A DNA stretch of 61,483 nucleotides, the filler included. It is 7 parts of 7 records of this genome, joined end to end, with 100 filler letters (N's around TTAATTAATTAA, not from the genome) between each part and the next. Parts side by side here need not be neighbours in the genome. Positions count along the whole stretch, not along the records: positions 39,104 to 61,483 come from SRR31156797_16951; 6 more parts are not named here. The stretch is one strand, 5' to 3'. How positions within the stretch are numbered: position 1 is the first letter of the stretch; each line of letters opens with the position of its first letter. The position numbers and the translations under genes are program-made. Shown here piece by piece: positions 43,714 to 54,101 of this stretch. The notes under the pieces were generated by a model. The model searched no databases, was not told where the DNA came from, and worked only from the letters and a program-made list of their open reading frames with translations.

Positions 43714-46700
43714 TCTGAACGCTGAAATTGAACTTACTCAGAGCATTTGGCGTAATGCGCTTCACGAGTGGGTTTTCGCTGATCACTTTCATGCCTGTTG
43801 GCAAAGAGTCGGTGTCCAACTTAACGAGGAACTGTTTACCTTTTTTATTCACAACCCATTGGTCTGGTACGTGATAGCGACCGTACTGGTCGGTTTCAAT
43901 CACGATGCCTTCCACTGTCATCAATTTAATGCCGGGAATACCTTCTTCATATAAGCCTGCATTTTCGATGATGATTTCTCTTAAGTAATGGTCACCGTCT
44001 TTGTACAAGTTACGAGTCACAAGGATGTTTTCAGCACTCAAACCTTTGGCTTTAGCACCGGTATGATTCACCGTAAAAGTTCCATCCGCGTTGGCATTGA
44101 TCGCGGTACCACTGTACGTCACCACGGTGAAGCTCAATGGTTCAGCGGTCTTAGTAGCAAATTGCAATTTAGCAATGTTTCTTTCCGGAAGGGTTCGGTT
44201 TCGGGACAGCCCGAAAAGGTGGTCAATCAACACACTGTGTTCATCGAAACTAACAGGGCCTTGGTCTTGGTTGCCGAGTTGTAACGTTGCTGAACCTGCA
44301 ATCACAGAGGATGGCTTAACATCAATGGTAAGCTTAATTTTGTGTGCGGTTGCATCGGCTTGGTATCCATCACCATTAATGTCTTCAAACACTTTACCGA
44401 TGATAGAAGCGGTATCGAACAGCTTATCTGGAGTAACTTCAACACTCGCACTGCTCATATTGGATTTAATCTGCAACGCCCCGCTACTCATCCCTGCTGC
44501 TGGAGTCATGGCATAGGCGGTATTGATGTAATCACCAAAGGTGGCGCCTACAGTGACCCGCATCAGGTAACGAACTCGGATTTTTTCTTGCACCGTTGCA
44601 CTACTGCCACCATAGGCCAGCATGTCGCCCACTCGGAATGACATGCCACTTGCGATAGTAGGATCCTCGGTGGAATTAACGTCGTCGGCAGTATCAAACT
44701 GAGCGTCTGGCCCACTATTAGTCACCTCAGCAGAGCCTTCTATGTATTGAAAGCCCGACGGGTACTTATCCATCAAATGAACATTCTTAAACTCTGCTTC
44801 ATTAGGGTTTTCTATGGTGACTTCATACTCAATCACATCACCGACCTGTGCCGTCGATTGCAAGGCTTTCTTGGTGACAACCAGTTCGCCTTCGTTATCA
44901 GCGAACTTCTTGACGTGGACCGTAACACTGGCTTGCTCTGCGTCACCAGTCGTCGGCGTCGCTATAAAGGTATTGGTAATATCATCGTCCAGGCCTTTAC
45001 CGATTTGTCCGGTAATGGTGACGCGAATAATGTTCCCTTCATACGCTTTAAGGGTATGGACATAATCCAGGTCAACCGATTGTTGCGTGTCGATCACTGT
45101 GGATGTCAGGGTCGACGTGTCATACTCAACGATGGTCGTTGTCCACTCAGTGAACAGAGGGTTACCGTTTGCACCTTGCAACTTGGATATTTCATCGCTG
45201 AAATGCACATTGCTGGCATCTGCGGAGCCTCGGTTGGTCGCGGCCAGCGTGTAGATGATTTGTTCGTCATCGTTACTGTAAGCTGATTTGTCGGCGATTT
45301 TTTCCACCATCAGCACAACACCACCTGGCTTTAATGTGACTGTTGATTCAATCGTTGACGAGCCATCATCCATGGTCGCCGTATTGTTAATTTCGCCTAA
45401 CGCAAGCGGGTTAACCCTACCCTTAACAATAAAATCAACGGTGGCACTCGGCGCTAAATCGACGACCACATCCAGATCGTCACCGATGGGCAGTGAATCA
45501 ATGGTCGTGGTGCTGTACGTATCATCGCTGATTTGGTAACTGATCTCCCAATCAGTCAGTGCAGGTACGGGATTACCGAGGACATTCACAACAGACAGAT
45601 CGCTGATCATATCCGTCACTTTGATGTTCGGGGCGAAACTTGGGGCATTGTTGGTTAAGGTAATGTGGAACTCTGTCTCTTCGTCTGCGGTGTACTCTCC
45701 CTGCTGAGAACCATCAGCTAACGTTTTAACAAAACTCACATCTTGTGCATAAGGCAGCAGTACTGCGGTTGCCGTCTTCGTTTCGCCATTAAACAGCATT
45801 GACGCAGTGTTGCTTATGTTCCCCACCGCTTTCTGATTCACAGTCCCGTGAACAGTAAAGGTCACGATATCCAACGGTGCTAAATCGATGCTGAACTGAA
45901 TATCTTCATTCAGTGACGCCCTTGCGTTGATCACGGTATTCGCATCGCTATTTTCAATATCCAACACCCAATAACTGAACGCTGGTTCCGTAGTACCATC
46001 AATGGTTTCAACGGTGAGTCCTGAGATCAGATCGTCAAGTTGAATGTCCTCACCATAGCCATTGGTTCTGTTTTCTACTGTGATAACAAAGTCTGAAATC
46101 TCACCCGGCACATAGTTTTCAACCGGAGCCAATTTGGTCATTACCACTTCGGGGATCACAGGCTCACTAATTGCTTCAGCATTAAGCGTTGTGCCATCAA
46201 ACTCAACCGAAACGGTGTTTTTGACCTGACCGTGAATCAGAGGGTTGAGTCTTCCTTGCACCCTAATCGTCAGGGTGTCATTCGGCGCAATCTCAATTGT
46301 GCCGTTGATATCGCCAGATGGGACGACCGGAATGCTGGTTTCGCCCGTGGCCGATGTGGCACTGACCGTGATGGAGTTGGAATCAAAAGCAGAAACCATA
46401 AGACCATCAACCGTAGTGCTTTCAATCGTCGTCACCAAATCCGTCACCTGAACATCGTTGGCCCAGGCACCCGTGGTATTGGTGATTTCAATGGTGTAAG
46501 TCAAGGTGTCCCCAGCTTCATACAGAGCTTTATCAACCGTTTTGCTTACCGTTAAGTTGGCTTTATCTGGCGTGTATGTTGCCTGCGCAGAGCTGACATT
46601 TCCGTTATTGTCAGTGACGACAACAGTATTGGTGATGTCTCCCATCGCTTTATCATTCACTACACCTTCAAGATGCAGTATGACTGATTGAGAAGGCGCA

Positions 46701-49700
46701 ATATTGTAACTGGCAGAATAGCCATTGGTTCCGGTGATTTCAGAACCCGCAACCAATTGCGTCAATGAGGTATCCGAACCGACGATAGTGACATTGGCAA
46801 GGCTCCACTGGTCAAAAACTTGTCCTTGGCGCTCCTGTCCGGCGAACTCGGTACGAATATTTTTGGTTAAATCTTCAATGTTTAAGTTGGGTAAATAACC
46901 TGAACCGCTATTTCGCACTTCAATGTCAAAACCGATCGTTTCACCGGGGATGTACACAGCTTCCGGTGTTTTAGACGCAACTTTTGTCACTTCAACCACA
47001 CCTTCGGCCGGAACAATGAACCCAGCATCAACTCGGTAGTTTTTTCCGTCGATGGTTGCGACATTAGTAAATTGGCCGATGGCATCATCACGTACCACTC
47101 CCGTGATGGTCATTCTTACGTGAGTTTCTGTTCCATCAATAGGATGTTTCGCGGCCATCTTAATGGTGGTGTCCAGGTCTGTTGTATCTGGCATACCGAC
47201 AATGTTTGATATATCGGTATAACCAGCAGTACCATCCGTAATCAGCTCTGACTCAATGGTCCAAGATGACAGCGCGGTTTTTTCTAAACCATCCGCAGTG
47301 GCCACAACAAACGTTGATATTGGGTCAACAATCGACACTTCTTTGCTGGTGTCCGAATCATTCAAAATATCGATGGTGTAAGTGATTGTCTGACCTGGAA
47401 CATAAACACTATTCATCACTCGCTTAGCAGCCAGTATTTCTGCAACCCCCGCGTCTAGCACAACTTCATTTGAGTCATCACCATTGACGGTCGCAATGTT
47501 AGAGATCGTGCCCATGGCATCACTGGCTACCGTTGCCGTGATCTCAAAGGTCACCGAATCTCCTGACATCAAGTCAAAGCTGGCATCGAGGTTGGTTGTT
47601 CCTTCATAGGAACCAGAAATAGAAAAGCGTGAAGAGTCTGGCTGAGCAACAATATGGACACTGCTGCTGGAAAACGCTTTTCCGCCCTCAGAGGTAGTGA
47701 TTGAACTGATTAAGTCTTTAATTTCAATATCATTGGCGGTTCCTTCCCCGATGTTTTTCACTGTGACCTGATAAATCACCTGTCCACCAGGGTTGTACTC
47801 AGTATTATCATTCGAGTCTGCGGTTGTGTGAGTAACCGACTTGGAGAACTCCAGTTCTGCTTCGACAGGGGTAATGGTGTTGGTTGTCACTGTGGTCTCG
47901 CCACCGGTGGCACTGTTTGCGTCAATAATACCAAGCGCGTCAGGACGAATGTCACCGCTGATCGTAAAAGTAACCTGCTCCCTTGGCGCCAGATCTAAAC
48001 CATCTGAGGCAGCAATATTCAAGTCACCATCAGCTTCATAGCTCAGTGTCTTAGTATCCACATCACTATCTAGCCCTGTTGATACCACATGGCTGATATT
48101 GGTGTTAATCAAAGCCGATTCGGTTGCTCCCCCAATCACTTCAACTTTAATTTGAGAAACCAGATCGCGGATCACCGTATTATCGCGCCACACATTTTCT
48201 GTGTTTTCGACCACGAAACGATATTCCACACTATCGCCTGGTCTATATTTATCACCACTGGAGTACGCGTTCCCGCCTAAGGATATGATCTCTTTAGTGA
48301 CATTTAGCCCTTGCGCCTCTGGCGTCAATTTGGCTTGCGGTAAATTACTACCGCCATAAGTCGGAGTAATTTGAATAACATCAATCGCGTCATCACGAAT
48401 GTCTGATTCCATAACGAAATCAATCCAACCTTGTGGGGCGATAGAAACATAAGGGATGTTGATATCGACATTGCTCCCACCAACAAAGCTGCCAATCGAT
48501 GTGGTCGGCGATCCATCCGTTGTAGCAGAGACCGTCCACCCTTTAGGCTGGTATGCAGGTGCTTTATCACTGTCGCCGGCACTGTCTGTTGCTTGGGCTA
48601 AGCGAACTTGCAGCTCAGAAAATTTCTCTATCAGGGCTTTGCCATATTCCAGTCCATTGCCGTTGTTTTCGATGCGTAAGTGATATACCACTTTTTGATC
48701 GTCAACTTGATGGTTGTATGTTGTTTTCACCGTGGCTTTCGATGAATCTGTGTAGGCTTTGTGTGTTTTGTTTAAAGCAACCGGCAGCATGGTTGAGCGA
48801 TCGGACGAGGCTTGATAACGACCATCGACTAGCACTTGGTTTCTAAACTCACCAACCGCATTTTCAACAATATGGGCTTTCACTGTGTACTTAACAGAAG
48901 CACCATAACTGTTGGCGGCCAAATCGAAAGTGGTATCAATATTGGTATTGTCCGCAACACTGCCAGGATGCGAGATGCCACTGCCGTCAACGGTTGCCGT
49001 CACCGTCCAACGGTCGAAAGCGGAACACGTGTAAGTCACCCCAGTACTGATGTTGTAACAAGTGGTTGTAATACCTTGGATATCATCGACAATGGCAATA
49101 TCGTTGAGGTGAGATTCATTTTCGTTAGCGATAGCAATCTCATACTCAACATATCCATCCGGCTTATACCCTGCCAAACCTGAATCTAACAGCGTAGTTC
49201 CATCCGCATCGTAATAGGCAGTGATGGCTTTGCTGTAACTGAACTTGTTCGCGTTGGGTGCTAATGAAGCACTCACTCGGTCGCCGTTTACTGACAACAC
49301 GTTGGTAATTTCACCCACCGCATTTGGGTTGATGGTTGCAGTGACGACATAATCAATTGTCGCCCCCATCGGTATCGATGCAGCAGTATTGATGTCTAAG
49401 TTATCTGAGTACGTGCCCACTTGAGCATTACTCTCTGGCAATGATGGATGCAACGTAACTTCAGGGGCAATCGTCCAATGAGTAAAAGCGTTACCCGTGG
49501 ACCCATCCACCAGCTCAACGGTGACTGTCGACAGTTCATCGACGACCGGAATATCATAAGCGTTACCCAAACCATCATTCTCGACATGAAGGTGATAGGT
49601 CACCGTACCGCCCGGCTGATAGGTAGTGTCATCGGTCGTTTTATAGAAAGTGAGGTGGTAATCGTTCGGTTGAACCGTAATACCGCCAATGGTGATGTTA

Positions 49701-52700
49701 CCTACCGCGTCATCACGAACAACACCCTCAACGGTATAAAGAACATAGTCCCCACCTGCCACATCTATAGTGGTATCAATGTTGGTGTTATCTGCTATCG
49801 TACCTTCTGCTTCGCCCGTCGTGGTTCCATTGCCACCATTGGTATCGCTTTTCATCACATCAACAGAAAACTCGGCACCTCCAGTTGCGGTACTAAATGG
49901 GTTAGCGGATGTCCCATCCATAAGTAGCACACTGATACCTTCTAAATTTTCCTGTACTCGATGATTATTGAGGTAGCCAGTATTCGAAGAAACTCTCACC
50001 GTATAGGTTAGCCTGTCACCCGGAGAGTAATAAGCGTTCGCCACTCCGTTAACCAGCAGTTGGCGAGTCGTCCCTGCCCCATTAGGCATGATTTCATTTT
50101 CTTGATGAGAGACATGGGAGTCTTGTGAATCGACATCTCCGTAATGACGGAATACATAGGCGTCGTTAGCCAATAAGTTGGTAAATGAGCCGGATAGATT
50201 GCTACCAATGAAGTTATCTTTGACTCGTGCTTTGATTTGAAACTGTTTTACCTCTTGAGGTGCCAGCGTTAACACATCAGAAGAGCTTGGATCGGGATAA
50301 ATGAAGTCATCATTATTCTCTGGCCCAAAGCTGGATGCGCCGGGCAGTTTGATTCTCCAATGCTCAAAAGGAGATTGGTCAGAATAGTCTTCAACATTGT
50401 CCGTTTTACCATCGTTGACACCGGCATTATTATTGTCGTTGGCAAGTTCAGATTTAATTTCTGTCATCAAATCCACAACGGTCAAATCTTCAGCCATCAA
50501 GGTAGTACTGTTGTTGAACAAGGTGATGGTGTATGTGAGGTCCTCCCCTGGGATGACTCGAACTTTGTCCGTCATTTTTAAGATAGAAACGTTAAACTTG
50601 TCTGCCGAACCATCTTTGCTTATTTGAGCGGTTGAAGAGTGATTGGTGTTAGTCGCTGGATCATAAATTTCTACGGTATTTGAAATGTGTTCGTCTTCAT
50701 AATCTGATTTCACCACACCTGAAACGGTGTACTTTACGTACCCCATTCCACCAAACTCTCCAGAGCTTTCTTTAGGATCGATATCCACCCTACTCGCAAT
50801 GTTACCGCCATCTGGCCAAGCACTTTTTGCATCCGCATAACTGCCGGTTCTGTCATGTGAATCAACCGAAGAGGTCATAGTCCAACCGGGTTCAAACACA
50901 TCTAATCCAATAATGTCATCACTGACTTCAACATCATTGGCGTAGCCAGACCCTTTGTTAAACACATAAATATCGAAAGTGACGGTTTCACCCGCCGCAA
51001 AGTTTTCATTCGGTGTCGTTTTCGTTACCAGAACATCCGGTTCTTGTGGATAGATGGTAACGCCAGAAGTTTTATTATCGCCGTTATCGGCAGTGGTCAT
51101 CGTTGCAGTATTGGTAAAACTTCCCCAGACGATTTTACTATCATCAGAACGGTCGATCTGCGCTTCAATGGTGTAGGTAATACGAACATTAGGGGCGATT
51201 TGTGCCGTGGTATCGAGATCATTGTTGTCAGAGAAACTGCCGACGCTACTCGCGTTTAGTAGCGCCGTTTGTACTTCAGCACTTAAACCGCTGGTATTAA
51301 TAATCGACTTGGTTGCCTCTATCGTCCATGAGCTAAAAACGGCCATTGGCGTATTATCAGGCTCAAGCATATTGGCTTGAATGGTACTGATTGAATCCTT
51401 AACCTCGACATTCGTGGCGTAACCATTCGACTCAACATTTTGCACCACTATCTGATAGGTGACCGAGCTGTTGGGTTTGGAGTAAGAGTTCGAGGCATTG
51501 CCATCCACAGTGGCTGATTTGGAGAGACCAACACTAAATCCACGGGGTACGGAACCTCTATCCGCAATGGCTTTGCCATCTACAACCACAAGGTTGCTAA
51601 TTTTGCTATTGGCAGTAGGAGAAACTCGCGCAACCACGGTATAAGTAACAATCGTATTTGGCGGTATGCTGGCTTTGACATCAAGAATCTCTGGTGACGT
51701 GATTGAACCGTCAATACCGCTGATAAGTGGCCCATAATCAGCCGTCACTTCCCATGACAAATAGGCTGGCACCGAGTTCCCGAAAATATCGGTCACCATA
51801 ATGGAGGCTAAGTCATCAACAACCGGCACCTCATTCGCGGTCGCGTCACTGGTGTTGGCGACTTTAATCGTGTACGTCAACTCCTGACCTGGCGAGTATT
51901 TGTAAATATCGACATCTTTGGTCACAGACAAAGAGTTAGCCGGCATCTCAACACCAGTGCCACTTTCTGTTATGTCATCATCACAGCTAGCATCATCGAC
52001 AATAAGCCCTACAGCGGTATCATTCACTGTCGCTGTCAACTTGTATTCAACTTTTCCACCCGGTGCAATATCCGGCGAAATAGTTAGATCACCGGTTTTC
52101 GTTGCGCCATAACTCGAAAACGATCCCGCATCAGTACCTTGGCTGTCACTCCCTTGAACCACTTCCAGCTTCCACTCTTTAAACGCTGGACCTTGGCCGA
52201 TACCTGCGGCTTGCTCGGTCTGAACACACGACAGCTTGTCATTAATAATCAGATCATTAGCGAAGTACTTACTGGATAAGTTCTCAACCGTGATGTCATA
52301 GACAATATCTTGCCCTGGCGTGTACTGCCCCTGAGAGGTTGTTTTGGTTATTTGAATTTCAGAATCACCAACCTGAAGGACGCGCTCCGTCTCGAGAATG
52401 GTTGAAATGGTGCTAGAAGCACTCGCGAGTGAACCTTCATCATTCAACACCCTAGCGGTTAGATTCTTAATAGAGCCCAGTGCTACCGGTGATAGTTTAC
52501 CGGTAATAAGATAATCAATACTCTCACCTGGATAGACAGACACTACATCATCAAGATAATCGTTAAGCACCGTACCCGTACCTAACTGCGATACTGAGTT
52601 ATCGCCTATTTGAGATACAGTGATTGTCCAAGACTGATAAGGATGAGAAGTAACATCGCTATGGTTAAATGTTGATGAAGAATCAACTAAGTCATTGGCT

Positions 52701-53713
52701 AACGTCGTTAAGATGTCTTTAATATTGTGTTGAACCCGATAGCCATGAGCGATACCTCCCCCTGTATTTTCGACGGTCAGATAGATTTGCTGCTCTTGAT
52801 TAACAAGATAAGGAGAGGTATTGGTGAATTCATGGCGTACCACTTCCAGAACACCTGTGGCTGGCGGAGTCGTCAGTAAATTACTTTCGATTAAACCATC
52901 TTTGGTGGTCGACGATGCAGATACCGCAATATCACCCGTTAACTTTTCCGCCAGCGTGGCTTGCATGGTGTAAATCAGCTTGCCGCCTACAGCGATTCGA
53001 GCTTCACTCACTTGTAAATCACCGCTGACGTTAAAACTACCGACATCACTGCTGGCACCTTCTTTTACAGCACTATTTGTAACCGCGGTAAAAGGAGCAA
53101 TGGAAGTGCCTCCCATGGTATCAACAGTCAGGGCGCTAAAAATCTGAGAGATGTTTAAATGCTGAACGGCGTAACTGCCTATGTTCTCGGCAACTAAGGT
53201 ATATCCGAGTTGCCCGGTGGTGGGGTATTCACTTTGGTCAACAGAAAGCGTCAGAGTGTACTGATACGGTGCAGGGCTTACTGTTACTGTGTCTGATACT
53301 ACCGTTTCTGATGGGGTTGTTACGGAAGCTTGAACATCAATGCTCTCAACCACACTATCGGTTGTTTGCGCCTGTATGGTATAGGTGAGTGTGCCACCGC
53401 GACGCAATCTCGCCCCTGTTACCGCCAAATCACCGCTTGAGGTAAAACTGCCCGCATTAGATAAGAATGAAGCGGAGCCATCAATCACCGTTGAACTGAA
53501 CGCATTTTCAGCTCCGGCTGTCACACTCATAAATGGTGCATTGACATTGATGTTGTCAACCACACTATCGGTAAGATTAGTAACAGTGACGGTATAGTTA
53601 ATATAGCCATCATTTTCATAAGTGGCTGTATCTGAAGAGAATTGAACAGAAAGCTCAGCAGCTTGAATACTAAAACAAAATGCGGCAAGCAATAGAGATA
53701 GAAAATATTTCAT
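43697..53713 (-). CDS. Giant (3338 aa) DUF11/Ig-like repeat surface protein, putative adhesin
   Basis: Sec signal MKYFLSLLLAAFCFSIQA. About 20 repeats of xxK...Y.PG..(V/I)TY.(I/V).V.N...D...N, then a C-terminal SdrD-B-like region (IIGKVFEDINGDG...GIPGIKL...TDQYGRYH...KLDTDSLP). Confidence 0.85.
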   Translation of the reverse strand: MKYFLSLLLAAFCFSIQAAELSVQFSSDTATYENDGYINYTVTVTNLTDSVVDNINVNAPFMSVTAGAENAFSSTVIDGSASFLSNAGSFTSSGDLAVTGARLRRGGTLTYTIQAQTTDSVVESIDVQASVTTPSETVVSDTVTVSPAPYQYTLTLSVDQSEYPTTGQLGYTLVAENIGSYAVQHLNISQIFSALTVDTMGGTSIAPFTAVTNSAVKEGASSDVGSFNVSGDLQVSEARIAVGGKLIYTMQATLAEKLTGDIAVSASSTTKDGLIESNLLTTPPATGVLEVVRHEFTNTSPYLVNQEQQIYLTVENTGGGIAHGYRVQHNIKDILTTLANDLVDSSSTFNHSDVTSHPYQSWTITVSQIGDNSVSQLGTGTVLNDYLDDVVSVYPGESIDYLITGKLSPVALGSIKNLTARVLNDEGSLASASSTISTILETERVLQVGDSEIQITKTTSQGQYTPGQDIVYDITVENLSSKYFANDLIINDKLSCVQTEQAAGIGQGPAFKEWKLEVVQGSDSQGTDAGSFSSYGATKTGDLTISPDIAPGGKVEYKLTATVNDTAVGLIVDDASCDDDITESGTGVEMPANSLSVTKDVDIYKYSPGQELTYTIKVANTSDATANEVPVVDDLASIMVTDIFGNSVPAYLSWEVTADYGPLISGIDGSITSPEILDVKASIPPNTIVTYTVVARVSPTANSKISNLVVVDGKAIADRGSVPRGFSVGLSKSATVDGNASNSYSKPNSSVTYQIVVQNVESNGYATNVEVKDSISTIQANMLEPDNTPMAVFSSWTIEATKSIINTSGLSAEVQTALLNASSVGSFSDNNDLDTTAQIAPNVRITYTIEAQIDRSDDSKIVWGSFTNTATMTTADNGDNKTSGVTIYPQEPDVLVTKTTPNENFAAGETVTFDIYVFNKGSGYANDVEVSDDIIGLDVFEPGWTMTSSVDSHDRTGSYADAKSAWPDGGNIASRVDIDPKESSGEFGGMGYVKYTVSGVVKSDYEDEHISNTVEIYDPATNTNHSSTAQISKDGSADKFNVSILKMTDKVRVIPGEDLTYTITLFNNSTTLMAEDLTVVDLMTEIKSELANDNNNAGVNDGKTDNVEDYSDQSPFEHWRIKLPGASSFGPENNDDFIYPDPSSSDVLTLAPQEVKQFQIKARVKDNFIGSNLSGSFTNLLANDAYVFRHYGDVDSQDSHVSHQENEIMPNGAGTTRQLLVNGVANAYYSPGDRLTYTVRVSSNTGYLNNHRVQENLEGISVLLMDGTSANPFSTATGGAEFSVDVMKSDTNGGNGTTTGEAEGTIADNTNIDTTIDVAGGDYVLYTVEGVVRDDAVGNITIGGITVQPNDYHLTFYKTTDDTTYQPGGTVTYHLHVENDGLGNAYDIPVVDELSTVTVELVDGSTGNAFTHWTIAPEVTLHPSLPESNAQVGTYSDNLDINTAASIPMGATIDYVVTATINPNAVGEITNVLSVNGDRVSASLAPNANKFSYSKAITAYYDADGTTLLDSGLAGYKPDGYVEYEIAIANENESHLNDIAIVDDIQGITTTCYNISTGVTYTCSAFDRWTVTATVDGSGISHPGSVADNTNIDTTFDLAANSYGASVKYTVKAHIVENAVGEFRNQVLVDGRYQASSDRSTMLPVALNKTHKAYTDSSKATVKTTYNHQVDDQKVVYHLRIENNGNGLEYGKALIEKFSELQVRLAQATDSAGDSDKAPAYQPKGWTVSATTDGSPTTSIGSFVGGSNVDINIPYVSIAPQGWIDFVMESDIRDDAIDVIQITPTYGGSNLPQAKLTPEAQGLNVTKEIISLGGNAYSSGDKYRPGDSVEYRFVVENTENVWRDNTVIRDLVSQIKVEVIGGATESALINTNISHVVSTGLDSDVDTKTLSYEADGDLNIAASDGLDLAPREQVTFTISGDIRPDALGIIDANSATGGETTVTTNTITPVEAELEFSKSVTHTTADSNDNTEYNPGGQVIYQVTVKNIGEGTANDIEIKDLISSITTSEGGKAFSSSSVHIVAQPDSSRFSISGSYEGTTNLDASFDLMSGDSVTFEITATVASDAMGTISNIATVNGDDSNEVVLDAGVAEILAAKRVMNSVYVPGQTITYTIDILNDSDTSKEVSIVDPISTFVVATADGLEKTALSSWTIESELITDGTAGYTDISNIVGMPDTTDLDTTIKMAAKHPIDGTETHVRMTITGVVRDDAIGQFTNVATIDGKNYRVDAGFIVPAEGVVEVTKVASKTPEAVYIPGETIGFDIEVRNSGSGYLPNLNIEDLTKNIRTEFAGQERQGQVFDQWSLANVTIVGSDTSLTQLVAGSEITGTNGYSASYNIAPSQSVILHLEGVVNDKAMGDITNTVVVTDNNGNVSSAQATYTPDKANLTVSKTVDKALYEAGDTLTYTIEITNTTGAWANDVQVTDLVTTIESTTVDGLMVSAFDSNSITVSATSATGETSIPVVPSGDINGTIEIAPNDTLTIRVQGRLNPLIHGQVKNTVSVEFDGTTLNAEAISEPVIPEVVMTKLAPVENYVPGEISDFVITVENRTNGYGEDIQLDDLISGLTVETIDGTTEPAFSYWVLDIENSDANTVINARASLNEDIQFSIDLAPLDIVTFTVHGTVNQKAVGNISNTASMLFNGETKTATAVLLPYAQDVSFVKTLADGSQQGEYTADEETEFHITLTNNAPSFAPNIKVTDMISDLSVVNVLGNPVPALTDWEISYQISDDTYSTTTIDSLPIGDDLDVVVDLAPSATVDFIVKGRVNPLALGEINNTATMDDGSSTIESTVTLKPGGVVLMVEKIADKSAYSNDDEQIIYTLAATNRGSADASNVHFSDEISKLQGANGNPLFTEWTTTIVEYDTSTLTSTVIDTQQSVDLDYVHTLKAYEGNIIRVTITGQIGKGLDDDITNTFIATPTTGDAEQASVTVHVKKFADNEGELVVTKKALQSTAQVGDVIEYEVTIENPNEAEFKNVHLMDKYPSGFQYIEGSAEVTNSGPDAQFDTADDVNSTEDPTIASGMSFRVGDMLAYGGSSATVQEKIRVRYLMRVTVGATFGDYINTAYAMTPAAGMSSGALQIKSNMSSASVEVTPDKLFDTASIIGKVFEDINGDGYQADATAHKIKLTIDVKPSSVIAGSATLQLGNQDQGPVSFDEHSVLIDHLFGLSRNRTLPERNIAKLQFATKTAEPLSFTVVTYSGTAINANADGTFTVNHTGAKAKGLSAENILVTRNLYKDGDHYLREIIIENAGLYEEGIPGIKLMTVEGIVIETDQYGRYHVPDQWVVNKKGKQFLVKLDTDSLPTGMKVISENPLVKRITPNALSKFNFSVQSDDNE

Positions 53714-54052
53714 TGTTAATATTCAAACTTAAATAATGATTACAGACTTCAGCGAAGGGGCGTTAATTTAACCAATTACCTCTACTGTTTCTAATCAAGT
53801 TATATAAATTTAAAATATTTAAGAAAAAACCTACAGAAACATAACTAACGCCCTCACATAACAGTAACAAAGATTAAATTAACTTATTGATAAATAAAAA
53901 CATAACCAAAGAGTTTATTGTTAAACAAAAACTAAAGTAGTTTTACTAAACAAACCACCAAAACAACATAGCTATTGATAAACCCATTAACAAACTTAGG
54001 GTTTAAATTTTCATCAACTTCATTAACAAATAGAGTCAAACCATTTCACTAT

Positions 54053-54079
54053 AAAAAAAGACGTCATAAGACGTCTTTT
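54053..54079 (-). terminator. Intrinsic terminator of torYZ
   Basis: AAAAAAAGACGTC-ATAA-GACGTCTTTT, about 20 bp past the torZ stop. Confidence 0.85.
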
Positions 54080-54101
54080 CTCAACCAAACTGGTGAACCG
54101 G

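Noticed and set aside
53714-54052. Very AT-rich region upstream of the adhesin as a repeat array
   Set aside because: Low-complexity promoter-type DNA without regular repeat-spacer periodicity.
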